From contig OZ024742.1 of the NCBI GenBank assembly GCA_964016885.1, positions 378,138,001 through 378,202,000 of the forward strand: a stretch of DNA of 64,000 bases, written 5' to 3'. Below are positions 40,201 to 55,900 of the stretch, one piece after another. This stretch comes from Eledone cirrhosa. Lineage: Eukaryota. Below the pieces are notes generated by a model that saw only the letters and a program-made list of their open reading frames with translations, was not told the DNA's origin and did no database searches. Within the stretch, counting starts at the first letter, position 1. Every line of letters begins with the position of its first letter. A program made the position numbers and the translations under genes.

Positions 40201-43200
40201 ACTTGAGAACAAATAGTGCCAACGTGTTTCTGGAAGGTCACAACAAGAGAATAGAGGTGAATCTCTACAACTTGAGAACAAATAGTGCCAAAGTGTTTCT
40301 GGAAAGTCACAACAAGAGAATAGAGGTGAATCTCTACAACTTGAGAACAAATAGTGCCAAAGTGTTTCTGGAAAGTCACAACAAGAGAGCAGAGTTGAAT
40401 CTCTACAACTTGAGAACAAATAGTGCCAAAGTATTTCTGGAAAGTCACAACAAGAGAATAGATGTGAATCTCTACAACTTGAAAACAAATAGTGCCAAAG
40501 TGTTTCTGGAAAGTCACAACAAGAACATAGAGGGGAATCTCTACAACTTGAGAACAAATAGTGCCAAAGTGTTTCTAGAAAGTCACAACAAGAACATAGA
40601 GTGGAATCTCTACAACTTGAGAACAAATAGTGCCAAAGTGTTTCTGGAAAGTTACAACAAGAACATATAGGTGAATCTCTACAACTTGAGAACAAATAGT
40701 GCCAAAGTGTATCTGGAAAGTTACAACAAGAACATAGAGGGGAATCTCTACAACTTGAGAACAAATAGTGCCAAAGTGTTTCTGGAAAGTCACCACAAGA
40801 ACATAGAGGTGAATCTCTACAACTTGAGAACAAATAGTGCCAAAGTGTTTCTAGAAAGTCACCACAAGAACATAGAGGTGAATCTCTAAAGCTTGAGAAC
40901 AAATAGTGCCAAAGTGTTTCTGGAAAGTCACAACAAGAACATAGAGGGGAATCCCTACAACTTGAGAACAAATAGTGCCAAAGTGTTTCTAGGAAGTCAC
41001 AACAAGAACATAGAGGTGAATCTCTACAACTTGAGAACAAATAGTGCCAAAGTGTTTCTAGAAACTCACCACAAGAAAATAGAGACGAATCTTTACAACT
41101 TGAGAACAAATAGTGCCAAAGTTTTTCTGGAAAGTCACAACAAGAACATAGAGGGGAAACTCTACAACTTGAGAACAAATAGTGCCAAAGTGTTTCTGGA
41201 AAGTCACAACAAGAACATAGATGTGAATCTCTACAACTTGAGAACAAATAGTGCCAAAGTGTTTCTGGAAAGTTACAACAAGAACATAGAGGTGAATCTC
41301 TACAACTTGAGAACAAATAGTGCCAAAGTGTTTCTAGAAAGTCACCACAAGAACATAGATGTGAATCTCTACAACTTGAGAACAAATAGTGCCAAAGTGT
41401 TTCTAGAAAGTCACAACAAGAACATAGAGGGGAATCTCTACAACTTGAAAACAAATATTGCCAAAGTATTTCTGGAAAGTCAGAACAAGAACATAGAGGG
41501 GAATCTCTACAACTTGGGAACAATTAGTGCCAAAGTGTTCCTAGAAAGTCACAACAAGAACATAGAGGGAAATCTCTACAACTTGAGAACAAATAGTGCC
41601 AACGTGTTTCTGGAAGGTCACAACAAGAGAATAGAGGTGAATCTCTACAACTTGAGAACAAATAGTGCCAAAGTGTTTCTGGAAAGTCACAACAAGAGAA
41701 TAGAGGTGAATCTCTACAACTTGAGAACAAATAGTGCCAAAGTGGTTCTGGAAAGTCACAACAAGAGAACAGAGTTGAATCTCTACAACTTGAGAACAAA
41801 TAGTGCCAAAGTATTTCTGGAAAGTCACAACAAGAACATAGATGTGAATCTCTACAACTTGAAAACAAATAGTGCCAAAGTGTTTCTGGAAAGTCACAAC
41901 AAGAACATAGAGGGGAATCTCTACAACTTGAGAACAAATCGTGCCAAAGTGTTTCTAGAAAGTCACAACAAGAACATAGAGTGGAATCTCTACAACTTGA
42001 GAACAAATAGTGCCAAAGTGTTTCTGGAAAGTTACAACAAGAACATAGAGGTGAATCTCTACAACTTGAGAACAAATAGTGCCAAAGTCTATCTGGAAAG
42101 TTACAACAAGAACATAGAGGGGAATCTCTACAACTTGAGAACAAATAGTGCCAAAGTGTTTCTGGAAAGTCACCACAAGAACATAGAGGTGGATCTCTAC
42201 AACTTGAGAACAAATAGTGCCAAAGTGTTTCTGGAAAGTCACAACAAGAACATAGAGGTGAATCTCTAAAGCTTGAGAACAAATAGTGCCAAAGTGTTTC
42301 TGGAAATTCACAACAAGAACATAGAGGGGAATCTCTACAACCTGAGAACAAATAGTGCCAAAGTGTTTCTAGAAAGTCACAACAAGAACATAGAGGGGAA
42401 TCACTACAACTTGAGAACAAATAGTGCCAAAGTGTTTGTAGAAAGTCACAACAAGAACATAGAGGTGAATCTCTACAACTTGAGAACAAATAGTGCCAAA
42501 GTGTTTCTAGAAAGTCACAACAAGAACATAGATGGGAATCTCTACAACTTGAGAACAAATAGTGCCAAATTGTTTCTGGAAAGTCACAACAAGAACATAG
42601 AGGTGAATCTCTACAACTTGAGAACAAATAGTGCCAAATTGTTTCTGGAAAGTCACAACAAGAACATAGAGGTGAATCTCTACAACTTGAGAACAAATAG
42701 TGCCAAAGTGTTTCTAGAAGGTCACCACAAGAAAATAGAGACGGATCTTTACAACTTGAGAACATATAGTGCCAAAGTGTTTCTAGAAAGTCACAACAAG
42801 AACATAGAGGGGAATCACTACAACTTGAGAACAAATAGTGCCAAAGTGTTTCTAGAAAGTCACAACAAGAACATAGAGGGGAATCACTACAACTTGAGAA
42901 CAAATAGTGCCAAAGTGTTTCTGGAAAGTCACAAAAAGAGAATAGAGGTGAATATCTACAACTTGAGAACAACTAGTGCCAAAGTGTTTCTGGAAAGTCA
43001 CAACAAAAGAATAGAGGTGAATCTCTACAACTTGAGAACAAATGGTGCCAAAGTGTTTCTGGAAAGTCACAACAAGAACATAGAGGGAAATCTCTAAAAC
43101 CTGAGAACAAATAGTGCCAAAGTGTTTCTGGAAAATCACAACAAGAACATAGAGGGGAATCTCTACAACTTGAGAACAAATAGTGCCAAAGTGTTTCTAG

Positions 43201-46200
43201 AAAGTCACAACAAGAACATAGAGGTGAATCTCTACAACTTGAGAACAAATAGTGCCAAAGTGTTTCTGGAAAATCACAACAAGAACATAGAGGTGAATCT
43301 CTAAAGCTTGAGAACAAATAGTGCCAAAGTATTTCTGGAAAGTCACAACAAGAACATAGAGACGAATCTCTACAACTTGAGAACAAATAGTGCCAAAGTG
43401 TTTCTAGAAAGTCACAACAAGAACATAGAGGGGAATCACTACAACTTGAGAACAAATAGTGCCAAAGTGTTTCTAGAAAGTCACAACAAGAACATAGATG
43501 GGAATCTCTACAACATGAGAACAAATAGTGCCAAATTGTTTCTGGAAAGTCACAACAAGAACATAGAGGTGAATCTCTACAACTTGAGAACAAATAGTGC
43601 CAAAGTGTTTCTAGAAAGTCACCACAAGAAAATAGAGATGAATCTTTACAACTTGAGAACAAATAGTGCCAAAGTGTTTCTAGAAAGTCACAACAAGAAC
43701 ATAGAGGGGAATCACTACAACTTGAGAACAAATAGTGCCAAAGTTTTTGTAGAAAGTCACCACAAGAACATAGAGGTGAATCTCTACAACTTGAGAACAA
43801 ATAGTGCCAAAGTGTATCTGGAAAGTTACAACAAGAACATAGAGGGGAATCTCTACAACTTGAGAACAAATAGTGCCAAAGTGTTTCTGGAAAGTCACCA
43901 CAAGAACATAGATGTGAATCTCTACAACTTGAGAACAAATAGTGCCAAAGTGTTTCTAGAAAGTCACAACAAGAACATAGAGGGGAATCTCTACAACTTG
44001 AGAACAAATAGTGCCAAAGTGTTTCTGGAAATTCACAACAAGAACATAGAGGTGAATCTCTAAAGCTTGAGAACAAATAGTGCGAAAGTGTTTCTAGAAA
44101 GTCACAACAAGAACATAGAGGGGAATCTCTACAACTTGAGAACAAATAGTGCCAAAGTATTTCTGGAAAGTCACAACAAGAACATAGAGGGGAATCTCTA
44201 CAACTTGAGAACAAATAGTGCCAAAGTGTTTCTAGAAAGTCACAACAAGAACATAGAGGGGAATCTCTACAACTTGAAAACAAATATTGCCAAAGTATTT
44301 CTGGAAAGTCAGAACAAGAACATAGAGGGGAATCTCTACAACTTGGGAACAATTAGTGCCAAAGTGTTCCTAGAAAGTCACAACAAGAACATAGAGGGAA
44401 ATCTCTACAACTTGAGAACAAATAGTGCCAACGTGTTTCTGGAAGGTCACAACAAGAGAATAGAGGTGAATCTCTACAACTTGAGAACAAATAGTGCCAA
44501 AGTGTTTCTGGAAAGTCACAACAAGAGAATAGAGGTGAATCTCTACAACTTGAGAACAAATAGTGCCAAAGTGGTTCTGGAAAGTCACAACAAGAGAACA
44601 GAGTTGAATCTCTACAACTTGAGAACAAATAGTGCCAAAGTATTTCTGGAAAGTCACAACAAGAACATAGATGTGAATCTCTACAACTTGAAAACAAATA
44701 GTGCCAAAGTGTTTCTGGAAAGTCACAACAAGAACATAGAGGGGAATCTCTACAACTTGAGAACAAATCGTGCCAAAGTGTTTCTAGAAAGTCACAACAA
44801 GAACATAGAGTGGAATCTCTACAACTTGAGAACAAATAGTGCCAAAGTGTTTCTGGAAAGTTACAACAAGAACATAGAGGTGAATCTCTACAACTTGAGA
44901 ACAAATAGTGCCAAAGTGTTTCTGGAAAGTCACCACAAGAACATAGAGGTGAATCTCTACAACTTGAGAACAAATAGTGCCAAAGTGTTTCTGGAAAGTC
45001 ACAACAAGAACATAGAGGTGAATCTCTAAAGCTTGAGAACAAATAGTGCCAAAGTGTTTCTGGAAATTCACAACAAGAACATAGAGGGGAATCTCTACAA
45101 CCTGAGAACAAATAGTGCCAAAGTGTTTCTAGAAAGTCACAACAAGAACATAGAGGGGAATCACTACAACTTGAGAACAAATAGTGCCAAAGTGTTTGTA
45201 GAAAGTCACAACAAGAACATAGAGGTGAATCTCTACAACTTGAGAACAAATAGTGCCAAAGTGTTTCTAGAAAGTCACAACAAGAACATAGATGGGAATC
45301 TCTACAACTTGAGAACAAATAGTGCCAAATTGTTTCTGGAAAGTCACAACAAGAACATAGAGGTGAATCTCTACAACTTGAGAACAAATAGTGCCAAATT
45401 GTTTCTGGAAAGTCACAACAAGAACATAGAGGTGAATCTCTACAACTTGAGAACAAATAGTGCCAAAGTGTTTCTAGAAGGTCACCACAAGAAAATAGAG
45501 ACGGATCTTTACAACTTGAGAACATATAGTGCCAAAGTGTTTCTAGAAAGTCACAACAAGAACATAGAGGGGAATCACTACAACTTGAGAACAAATAGTG
45601 CCAAAGTGTTTCTAGAAAGTCACAACAAGAACATAGAGGGGAATCACTACAACTTGAGAACAAATAGTGCCAAAGTGTTTCTGGAAAGTCACAAAAAGAG
45701 AATAGAGGTGAATATCTACAACTTGAGAACAACTAGTGCCAAAGTGTTTCTGGAAAGTCACAACAAAAGAATAGAGGTGAATCTCTACAACTTGAGAACA
45801 AATGGTGCCAAAGTGTTTCTGGAAAGTCACAACAAGAACATAGAGGGAAATCTCTAAAACCTGAGAACAAATAGTGCCAAAGTGTTTCTGGAAAATCACA
45901 ACAAGAACATAGAGGGGAATCTCTACAACTTGAGAACAAATAGTGCCAAAGTGTTTCTAGAAAGTCACAACAAGAACATAGAGGTGAATCTCTACAACTT
46001 GAGAACAAATAGTGCCAAAGTGTTTCTGGAAAATCACAACAAGAACATAGAGGTGAATCTCTAAAGCTTGAGAACAAATAGTGCCAAAGTATTTCTGGAA
46101 AGTCACAACAAGAACATAGAGACGAATCTCTACAACTTGAGAACAAATAGTGCCAAAGTGTTTCTAGAAAGTCACAACAAGAACATAGAGGGGAATCACT

Positions 46201-49200
46201 ACAACTTGAGAACAAATAGTGCCAAAGTGTTTCTAGAAAGTCACAACAAGAACATAGATAGGAATCTCTACAACATGAGAACAAATAGTGCCAAATTGTT
46301 TCTGGAAAGTCACAACAAGAACATAGAGGTGAATCTCTACAACTTGAGAACAAATAGTGCCAAAGTGTTTCTAGAAAGTCACCACAAGAAAATAGAGACG
46401 AATCTTTACAACTTGAGAACAAATAGTGCCAAAGTGTTTCTAGAAAGTCACAACAAGAACATAGAGGGGAATCACTACAACTTGAGAACAAATAGTGCCA
46501 AAGTTTTTGTAGAAAGTCACCACAAGAACATAGAGGTGAATCTCTACAACTTGAGAACAAATAGTGCCAAAGTGTATCTGGAAAGTTACAACAAGAACAT
46601 AGAGGGGAATCTCTACAACTTGAGAACAAATAGTGCCAAAGTGTTTCTGGAAAGTCACCACAAGAACATAGATGTGAATCTCTACAACTTGAGAACAAAT
46701 AGTGCCAAAGTGTTTCTAGAAAGTCACAACAAGAACATAGAGGGGAATCTCTACAACTTGAGAACAAATAGTGCCAAAGTGTTTCTGGAAATTCACAACA
46801 AGAACATAGAGGTGAATCTCTAAAGCTTGAGAACAAATAGTGCGAAAGTGTTTCTAGAAAGTCACAACAAGAACATAGAGGGGAATCTCTACAACTTGAG
46901 AACAAATAGTGCCAAAGTATTTCTGGAAAGTCACAACAAGAACATAGAGGGGAATCTCTACAACTTGAGAACAAATAGTGCCAAAGTGTTCCTAGAAAGT
47001 CACAACAAGAACATAGAGGGGAATCTCTACAACTTGAGAACAAATAGTGCCAACGTGTTTCTGGAAAGTCACAACAAGAGAATAGAGGTGAATCTCAACA
47101 ACTTGAGAACAACTAGTGCCAAAGTATTTTTGGAAAGTCACAACAAGAGAATAGAGGTGAATCTCTACAACTTGAGAACAAATAGTGCCAAAATGTTTCT
47201 GGAAAGTCACAACAAGAACATAGAGGTGAATCTCTACAACTTGAAAACAAATAGTGCCAAATGTTTCTGGAAAGTCACAACAAGAACATAGAGGGTAATC
47301 TCTACAACTTGAGAACAAATAGTGCCAAAGTGTTTCTAGAAAGTCACAACAAGAACATAGAGGGGAATCTCATACAACTTGAGAACAAATAGTCCCAAAC
47401 TGTTTCTGGAAATTCACAACAAGAACATAGAGGAGAATCTCTACAACCTGAGAACAAATAGTGCCAAAGTGTTTCTAGAAAGTCACAACAAGAACATAGA
47501 GGGGAATCACTACAACTTGAGAACAAATAGTGCCAAAGTGTTTGTAGAAAGTCACAACAAGAACATAGAGGTGAATCTCTACAACCTGAGAACAAATAGT
47601 GCCAAAGTGTTTCTAGAAAGTCACAACAAGAACATAGAGGGGAATCTCTAAAACCTGAGAACAAATAGTGCCAAAGTGTTTCTAGAATGTCACAAGAACA
47701 TAGAGAGGAATCTCTACAACTTGAGAACAAATAGTGCCAAAGTGTTTCTGGAAAGTCACAACAAGAACATAGAGGGGAATCTCTACAACTTGAGAACAAA
47801 TAGTGCCAAAGTGTTTCTGGAAAGTCACAACAAGAACATAGAGGGGAATCTCTACAACCTGAGAACAAATAGTGCCAAAATGTTTCTAGAAAGTCACCAC
47901 AAGAACATAGAGGTGAATCTCTACAACTTGAGAACAAATAGTGCCAAAGTGTTTCTGGAAAGTCACAAAAAGAGAATAGAGGTGAATCTCTACAACTTGA
48001 GAACAAATAGTGCCAAAGTGTTTCTAGAAAGTCACCACCAGAACATAAAGGTGAATCTCTAAAGCTTGAGAACAAATAGTGCCAAAGTATTTCTGGAAAG
48101 TCACAACAAGAACATAGAAGGGAATCTCTACAACTTGAGAACAAATAGTGCCAAAGTGTTTCTAGAAAGTCACCACAAGAACATAGAGGTGCATCTCTAC
48201 AACTTGAGAACAAATAGTGCCAAAGTGCTTGTAGAAAGTCACAACAAGAACATAGAGGGGAATCTCTACAACTTAAGAACAAATAGTGCCAAAGTGTTTC
48301 TAGAAAGTCACAACAAGAACATAGAAGGGAATCTCTACAACTTGAGAACAAATAGTGCCAAAGTGTTTCTAGAAAGTCACCAGAAGAACATAGAGGTGAA
48401 TCTCTACAACTTGAGAACAAATAGTGCCAAAGTGCTTGTAGAAAGTCACAACAAGAACATAGAGGGGAATCTCTACAACTTGAGAACAAATAGTGCCAAA
48501 GTATTTCTGGAAAGTCACAACAAGAACATAGAGGGGAATCTCTACAACTTGAGAACAAATAGTGCCAACGTGTTTCTGGAAAGTCACAACAAGAGAATAG
48601 AGCTGAATCTCTACAACTTGAGAACAAATAGTGCCAAAGTGTTTCTGGAGAGTCACAAAAAGAGAATAGAGGTGAATCTCTACAACTTGAGAACAACAAG
48701 TGCCAAAGTGTTTCTGGAAAGTCACAATAAGAGAATAGAGGTGAATCTCTACAACTTGAGAACAAATAGTACCAAAGTGTTTCTGGAAAGTCACAACAAG
48801 AACATAGAGGGGAATCTCTACAGCTTGAGAACAAATAGTGCCAAAGTGTTTCTAGAAAGTCACCACAAGAACATAGAGGTGAATCTCTACAACTTGAGAA
48901 CAAATAGTGCCAAAGTGTTTCTAGAAAGTCACAACAAGAACATAGAGGGGAATCTCTACAACTTGGGAACAATTAGTGCCAAAGTGTTCCTAGAAAGTCA
49001 CAACAAGAACATAGAGGGAAATCTCTACAACTTGAGAACAAATAGTGCCAACGTGTTTCTGGAAGGTCACAACAAGAGAATAGAGGTGAATCTCTACAAC
49101 TTGAGAACAAATAGTGCCAAAGTGTTTCTGGAAAGTCACAACAAGAGAATAGAGGTGAATCTCTACAACTTGAGAACAAATAGTGCCAAAGTGTTTCTGG

Positions 49201-49860
49201 AAAGTCACAACAAGAGAGCAGATTTGAATCTCTACAACTTGAGAACAAATAGTGCCAAAGTATTTCTGGAAAGTCACAACAAGAGAATAGATGTGAATCT
49301 CTACAACTTGAAAACAAATAGTGCCAAAGTGTTTCTGGAAAGTCACAACAAGAACATAGAGGGGAATCTCTACAACTTGAGAACAAATAGTGCCAAAGTG
49401 TTTCTAGAAAGTCACAACAAGAACATAGAGTGGAATCTCTACAACTTGAGAACAAATAGTGCCAAAGTGTTTCTGGAAAGTTACAACAAGAACATATAGG
49501 TGAATCTCTACAACTTGAGAACAAATAGTGCCAAAGTGTATCTGGAAAGTTACAACAAGAACATAGAGGGGAATCTCTACAACTTGAGAACAAATAGTGC
49601 CAAAGTGTTTCTGGAAAGTCACCACAAGAACATAGAGGTGAATCTCTACAACTTGAGAACAAATAGTGCCAAAGTGTTTCTAGAAAGTCACCACAAGAAC
49701 ATAGAGGTGAATCTCTAAAGCTTGAGAACAAATAGTGCCAAAGTGTTTCTGGAAAGTCACAACAAGAACATAGAGGGGAATCTCTACAACTTGAGAACAA
49801 ATAGTGCCAAAGTGTTTCTAGGAAGTCACAACAAGAACATAGAGGTGAATCTCTACAACT
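36080..49860. repeat. Large nested higher-order repeat (6207-bp, 2760-bp and 8967/8829-bp offsets)
   Basis: Offsets are 6207 (36915/43122), 2760 (42273/45033, 42973/45733), 8967 (37860/46827, 38377/47344) and 8829 (39237/48066, 40671/49500). Confidence 0.8.
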
Positions 49861-52800
49861 TGAGAACAAATAGTGCCAAAGTATTTCTGGAAAGTCACAA
49901 CAAGAACATAGAGGGGAATCTCTACAACTTGAGAACAAATAGTGCCAAAGTTTTTCTGGAAAGTCACAACAAGAACATAGAGGGGAAACTCTACAACTTG
50001 AGAACAAATCGTGCCAAAGTGTTTCTAGAAAGTCACAACAAGAACATAGAGTGGAATCTCTACAACTTGAGAACAAATAGTGCCAAAGTGTTTCTGGAAA
50101 GTTACAACAAGAACATAGAGGTGAATCTCTACAACTTGAGAACAAATAGTGCCAAAGTCTATCTGGAAAGTTACAACAAGAACATAGAGGGGAATCTCTA
50201 CAACTTGAGAACAAATAGTGCCAAAGTGTTTCTGGAAAGTCACCACAAGAACATAGAGGTGAATCTCTACAACTTGAGAACAAATAGTGCCAAAGTGTTT
50301 CTGGAAAGTCACAACAAGAACATAGAGGTGAATCTCTAACGCTTGAGAACAAATAGTGCCAAAGTGTTTCTGGAAAGTCACAACAAGAACATAGAGGGGA
50401 ATCTCTACAACTTGAGAACAAATAGTGCCAAAGTGTTTCTAGAAAGTCACAACAAGAACATAGAGGTGAATCTCTACAACTTGAGAACAAATAGTGCCAA
50501 AGTGTTTCTGGAAAGTCACAACAAGAACATAGATGTGAATCTCTACAACTCGAGAACAAATAGTGCCAAAGTGTTTCTGGAAAGTTACAACAAGAACATA
50601 GAGGTGAATCTCTACAACTTGAGAACAAATAGTGCCAAAGTGTTTCTAGAAAGTCACCACAAGAACATAGAGGTGAATCTCTACAACTTGAGAACAAATA
50701 GTGCCAAAGTGTTTCTAGAAAGTCACAACAAGAACATAGAGGGGAATCTCTACAACTTGAGAACAAATAGTGCCAAATTTTTTCTGGAAAGTCACAACAA
50801 GAACATAGAGGGGAAACTCTACAACTTGAGAACAAATAGTGCCAAAGTGTTTCTGGAAAGTCACAACAAGAACATAGATGTGAATCTCTACAACTTGAGA
50901 ACAAATAGTGCCAAAGTGTTTCTGGAAAGTTACAACAAGAACATAGAGGTGAATGTCTACAACTTGAGAACAAATAGTGCCAAAGTGTTTCTAGAAAGTC
51001 ACCACAAGAACATAGAGGTGAATCTCTACAACTTGAGAACAAATAGTGCCAAAGTGTTTCTAGAAAGTCACAACAAGAACATAGAGGGGAATCTCTACAA
51101 CTTGAAAACAAATATTGCCAAAGTATTTCTGGAAAGTCAGAACAAGAACATAGAGGGGAATCTCTACAACTTGGGAACAATTAGTGCCAAAGTGTTCCTA
51201 GAAAGTCACAACAAGAACATAGAGGGAAATCTCTACAACTTGAGAACAAATAGTGCCAACGTGTTTCTGGAAGGTCACAACAAGAGAATAGAGGTGAATC
51301 TCTACAACTTGAGAACAAATAGTGCCAAAGTGTTTCTGGAAAGTCACAACAAGAGAATAGAGGTGAATCTCTACAACTTGAGAACAAATAGTGCCAAAGT
51401 GGTTCTGGAAAGTCACAACAAGAGAACAGAGTTGAATCTCTACAACTTGAGAACAAATAGTGCCAAAGTATTTCTGGAAAGTCACAACAAGAACATAGAT
51501 GTGAATCTCTACAACTTGAAAACAAATAGTGCCAAAGTGTTTCTGGAAAGTCACAACAAGAACATAGAGGGGAATCTCTACAACTTGAGAACAAATCGTG
51601 CCAAAGTGTTTCTAGAAAGTCACAACAAGAACATAGAGTGGAATCTCTACAACTTGAGAACAAATAGTGCCAAAGTGCTTCTGGAAAGTTACAACAAGAA
51701 CATAGAGGTGAATCTCTACAACTTGAGAACAAATAGTGCCAAAGTCTATCTGGAAAGTTACAACAAGAACATAGAGGGGAATCTCTACAACTTGAGAACA
51801 AATAGTGCCAAAGTGTTTCTGGAAAGTCACCACAAGAACATAGAGGTGAATCTCTACAACTTGAGAACAAATAGTGCCAAAGTGTTTCTGGAAAGTCACA
51901 ACAAGAACATAGAGGTGAATCTCTAAAGCTTGAGAACAAATAGTGCCAAAGTGTTTCTGGAAAGTCACAACAAGAACATAGAGGGGAATCTCTACAACTT
52001 GAGAACAAATAGTGCCAAAGTGTTTCTAGAAAGTCACAACAAGAACATAGAGGTGAATCTCTACAACTTGAGAACAAATAGTGCCAAAGTGTTTCTAGAA
52101 AGTCACAACAAGAACATAGAAGGGAATCTCTACAACTTGAGAACAAATAGTGCCAAAGTGTGTCTAGAAAGTCACCACAAGAACATAGAGGTGAATCTCT
52201 ACAACTTGAGAACAAATAGTGCCAAAGTGTTTCTAGAAACTCACCACAAGAAAATAGAGACGAATCTTTACAACTTGAGAACAAATAGTGCCAAAGTTTT
52301 TCTGGAAAGTCACAACAAGAACATAGAAGGGTAACTCTACAACTTGAGAACAAATAGTGCCAAAGTGTTTCTGGAAAGTCACAACAAGAACATAGATGTG
52401 AATCTCTACAACTTGAGAACAAATAGTGCCAAAGTGTTTCTGGAAAGTTACAACAAGAACATAGAGGTGAATCTCTACAACTTGAGAACAAATAGTGCCA
52501 AAGTGTTTCTAGAAAGTCACCACAAGAACATAGAGGTGAATCTCTACAACTTGAGAACAAATAGTGCCAAAGTGTTTCTAGAAAGTCACAACAAGAACAT
52601 AGAGGGGAATCTCTACAACTTGAAAACAAATATTGCCAAAGTATTTCTGGAAAGTCAGAACAAGAACATAGAGGGGAATCTCTACAACTTGGGAACAATT
52701 AGTGCCAAAGTGTTCCTAGAAAGTCACAACAAGAACATAGAGTGGAATCTCTACAACTTGAGAACAAATAGTGCCAAAGTGTTTCTGGAAAGTCACAACA

Positions 52801-52909
52801 AGAGAATAGAGGTGAATCTCTAAAACCTGAGAACAAATAGTGCCAACGTGTTTCTGGAAAGTCACAACAAGAGAATAGAGGTGAATCTCTACAACTTGAG
52901 AACAAATAG

Positions 52910-55900
52910 TGCCAAAGTGTTTCTAGAAAGTCACCACAAGAACGTAGAGGTGAATCTCTAAAGCTTGAGAACAAATAGTGCCAAAGTATTTCTGGAAAGT
53001 CACAACAAGAACATAGTGACGAATCTCTACAACTTGAGAACAAATAGTGCCAAAGTATTTCTGGAAAGTCACAACAAGAACATAGAGGTGAATCTCTACA
53101 ACTTGAGAACAAATAGTGCCAAAGTGTTTCTAGAAAGTCACAACAAGAACATAGAAGGGAATCTCTACAACTTGAGAACAAATAGTGCCAAAGTTTTTCT
53201 ATAAAGTCACCACAAGAACATAGAGGTGAATTTCTACAACTTGAGAACAAATAGTGCCAAAGTGCTTGTAGAAAGTCACAACAAGAACATAAAGGGGAAT
53301 CTCTACAACTTGAGAACAAATAGTGCCAAAGTATTTCTGGAAAGTCACAACAAGAACATAGAGGGGAATCTCTACAACTTGAGAACAAATAGTGCCAAAG
53401 TGTTTCTGGAAAGTCACAACAAGAGAATAGAGGTGAATCTCTACAACTTGAGAACAAATAGTGCCAAAGTGTTTCTAGAAAGTCACCACAAGAACATAGA
53501 GGTGAACCTCTAAAGCTTGAGAACAAATAGTGCCAAAGTATTTCTGGAAAGTCACAACAAGAACATAGTGACGAATCTCTACAACTTGAGAACAAATAGT
53601 GCCAAAGTATTTCTGGAAAGTCACAACAAGAACATAGAGGTGAATCTCTACAACTTGAGAACAAATAGTGCCAAAGTGTTTCTAGAAAGTCACAACAAGA
53701 ACATAGAAGGGAATCTCTACAACTTGAGAACAAATAGTGACAAAGTTTTTCTAGAAAGTCACCACAAGAACATAGAGGTAAATTTCTACAACTTGAGAAC
53801 AAATAGTGCCAAAGTGCTTGTAGAAAGTCACAACAAGAACATAAAGGGGAATCTCTACAACTTGAGAACAAATAGTGCCAAAGTATTTCTGGAAAGTCAC
53901 AACAAGAACATAGAAGGGAATCTCTACAACTTGAGAACAATTAGTGCCAACGTGTTTCTGGAAAGTCACAACAAGAGAATAGAGCTGAATCTCTACAACT
54001 TGAGAACGAATAGTGCCAAAGTGTTTCTGGAATATCACAAAAAGAGAATAGAGGTGAATCTCTACAACTTGAGAACAACTAGTGCCAAAGTGTTTCTGGA
54101 AAGTCATAACAAGAGAATAGAGGTGAATCTCTACAACTTGAGAACAAATAGTACCAAAGTGTTTCTGGAAAGTCACAACAAGAACATAGAGGGGAATCTC
54201 TATAACTTGAGAACAAATAGTGCCAAAGTGTTTCTAGAAAGTCACAACAAGAACATAGAGGGGAATCTCTACAATTTGAGAACAAATAGTCCCAAAGTGT
54301 TTCTGGAAATTCACAACAAGAACATAGAGGGGAATCTCTACAACCTGAGAACAAATAGTGCCAAAGTGTTTCTAGAAAGTTACAACAAGAACATAGAGGG
54401 GAATCACTACAACTTGAGAACAAATAGTGCCAAAGTGTTTCTGGAAAGTCACAAAAAGAGAATAGAGGTGAATCTCTCCAACTTGATAACAAATAGTGCC
54501 AAAGTGTTTCTGGAAAGTCACAACAAGAACATAGAGGTGAATCTCTACAACTTGAAAACAAATAGTGCCAAAGTGTTTCTAGAAAGTCACAACAAGAACA
54601 TAGAGTGGAGTCTCTACAACTTGAGAACAAATAGTGCCAAAGTGTTTCTAGAAAGTCACCACAAGAACGTAGAGGTGAATCTCTAAAGCTTGAGAACAAA
54701 TAGTGCCAAAGTATTTCTGGAAAGTCACAACAAGAACATAGTGACGAATCTCTACAACTTGAGAACAAATAGTGCCAAAGTATTTCTGGAAAGTCACAAC
54801 AAGAACATAGAGGTGAATCTCTACAACTTGAGAACAAATAGTGCCAAAGTGTTTCTAGAAAGTCACAACAAGAACATAGAAGGGAATCTCTACAACTTGA
54901 GAACAAATAGTGCCAAAGTTTTTCTATAAAGTCACCACAAGAACATAGAGGTGAATTTCTACAACTTGAGAACAAATAGTGCCAAAGTGCTTGTAGAAAG
55001 TCACAACAAGAACATAAAGGGGAATCTCTACAACTTGAGAACAAATAGTGCCAAAGTATTTCTGGAAAGTCACAACAAGAACATAGAGGGGAATCTCTAC
55101 AACTTGAGAACAAATAGTGCCAAAGTGTTTCTGGAAAGTCACAACAAGAGAATAGAGGTGAATCTCTACAACTTGAGAACAAATAGTGCCAAAGTGTTTC
55201 TAGAAAGTCACCACAAGAACATAGAGGTGAACCTCTAAAGCTTGAGAACAAATAGTGCCAAAGTATTTCTGGAAAGTCACAACAAGAACATAGTGACGAA
55301 TCTCTACAACTTGAGAACAAATAGTGCCAAAGTATTTCTGGAAAGTCACAACAAGAACATAGAGGTGAATCTCTACAACTTGAGAACAAATAGTGCCAAA
55401 GTGTTTCTAGAAAGTCACAACAAGAACATAGAAGGGAATCTCTACAACTTGAGAACAAATAGTGACAAAGTTTTTCTAGAAAGTCACCACAAGAACATAG
55501 AGGTAAATTTCTACAACTTGAGAACAAATAGTGCCAAAGTGCTTGTAGAAAGTCACAACAAGAACATAAAGGGGAATCTCTACAACTTGAGAACAAATAG
55601 TGCCAAAGTATTTCTGGAAAGTCACAACAAGAACATAGAAGGGAATCTCTACAACTTGAGAACAATTAGTGCCAACGTGTTTCTGGAAAGTCACAACAAG
55701 AGAATAGAGCTGAATCTCTACAACTTGAGAACAAATAGTGCCAAAGTGTTTCTGGAATATCACAAAAAGAGAATAGAGGTGAATCTCTACAACTTGAGAA
55801 CAACTAGTGCCAAAGTGTTTCTGGAAAGTCATAACAAGAGAATAGAGGTGAATCTCTACAACTTGAGAACAAATAGTACCAAAGTGTTTCTGGAAAGTCA

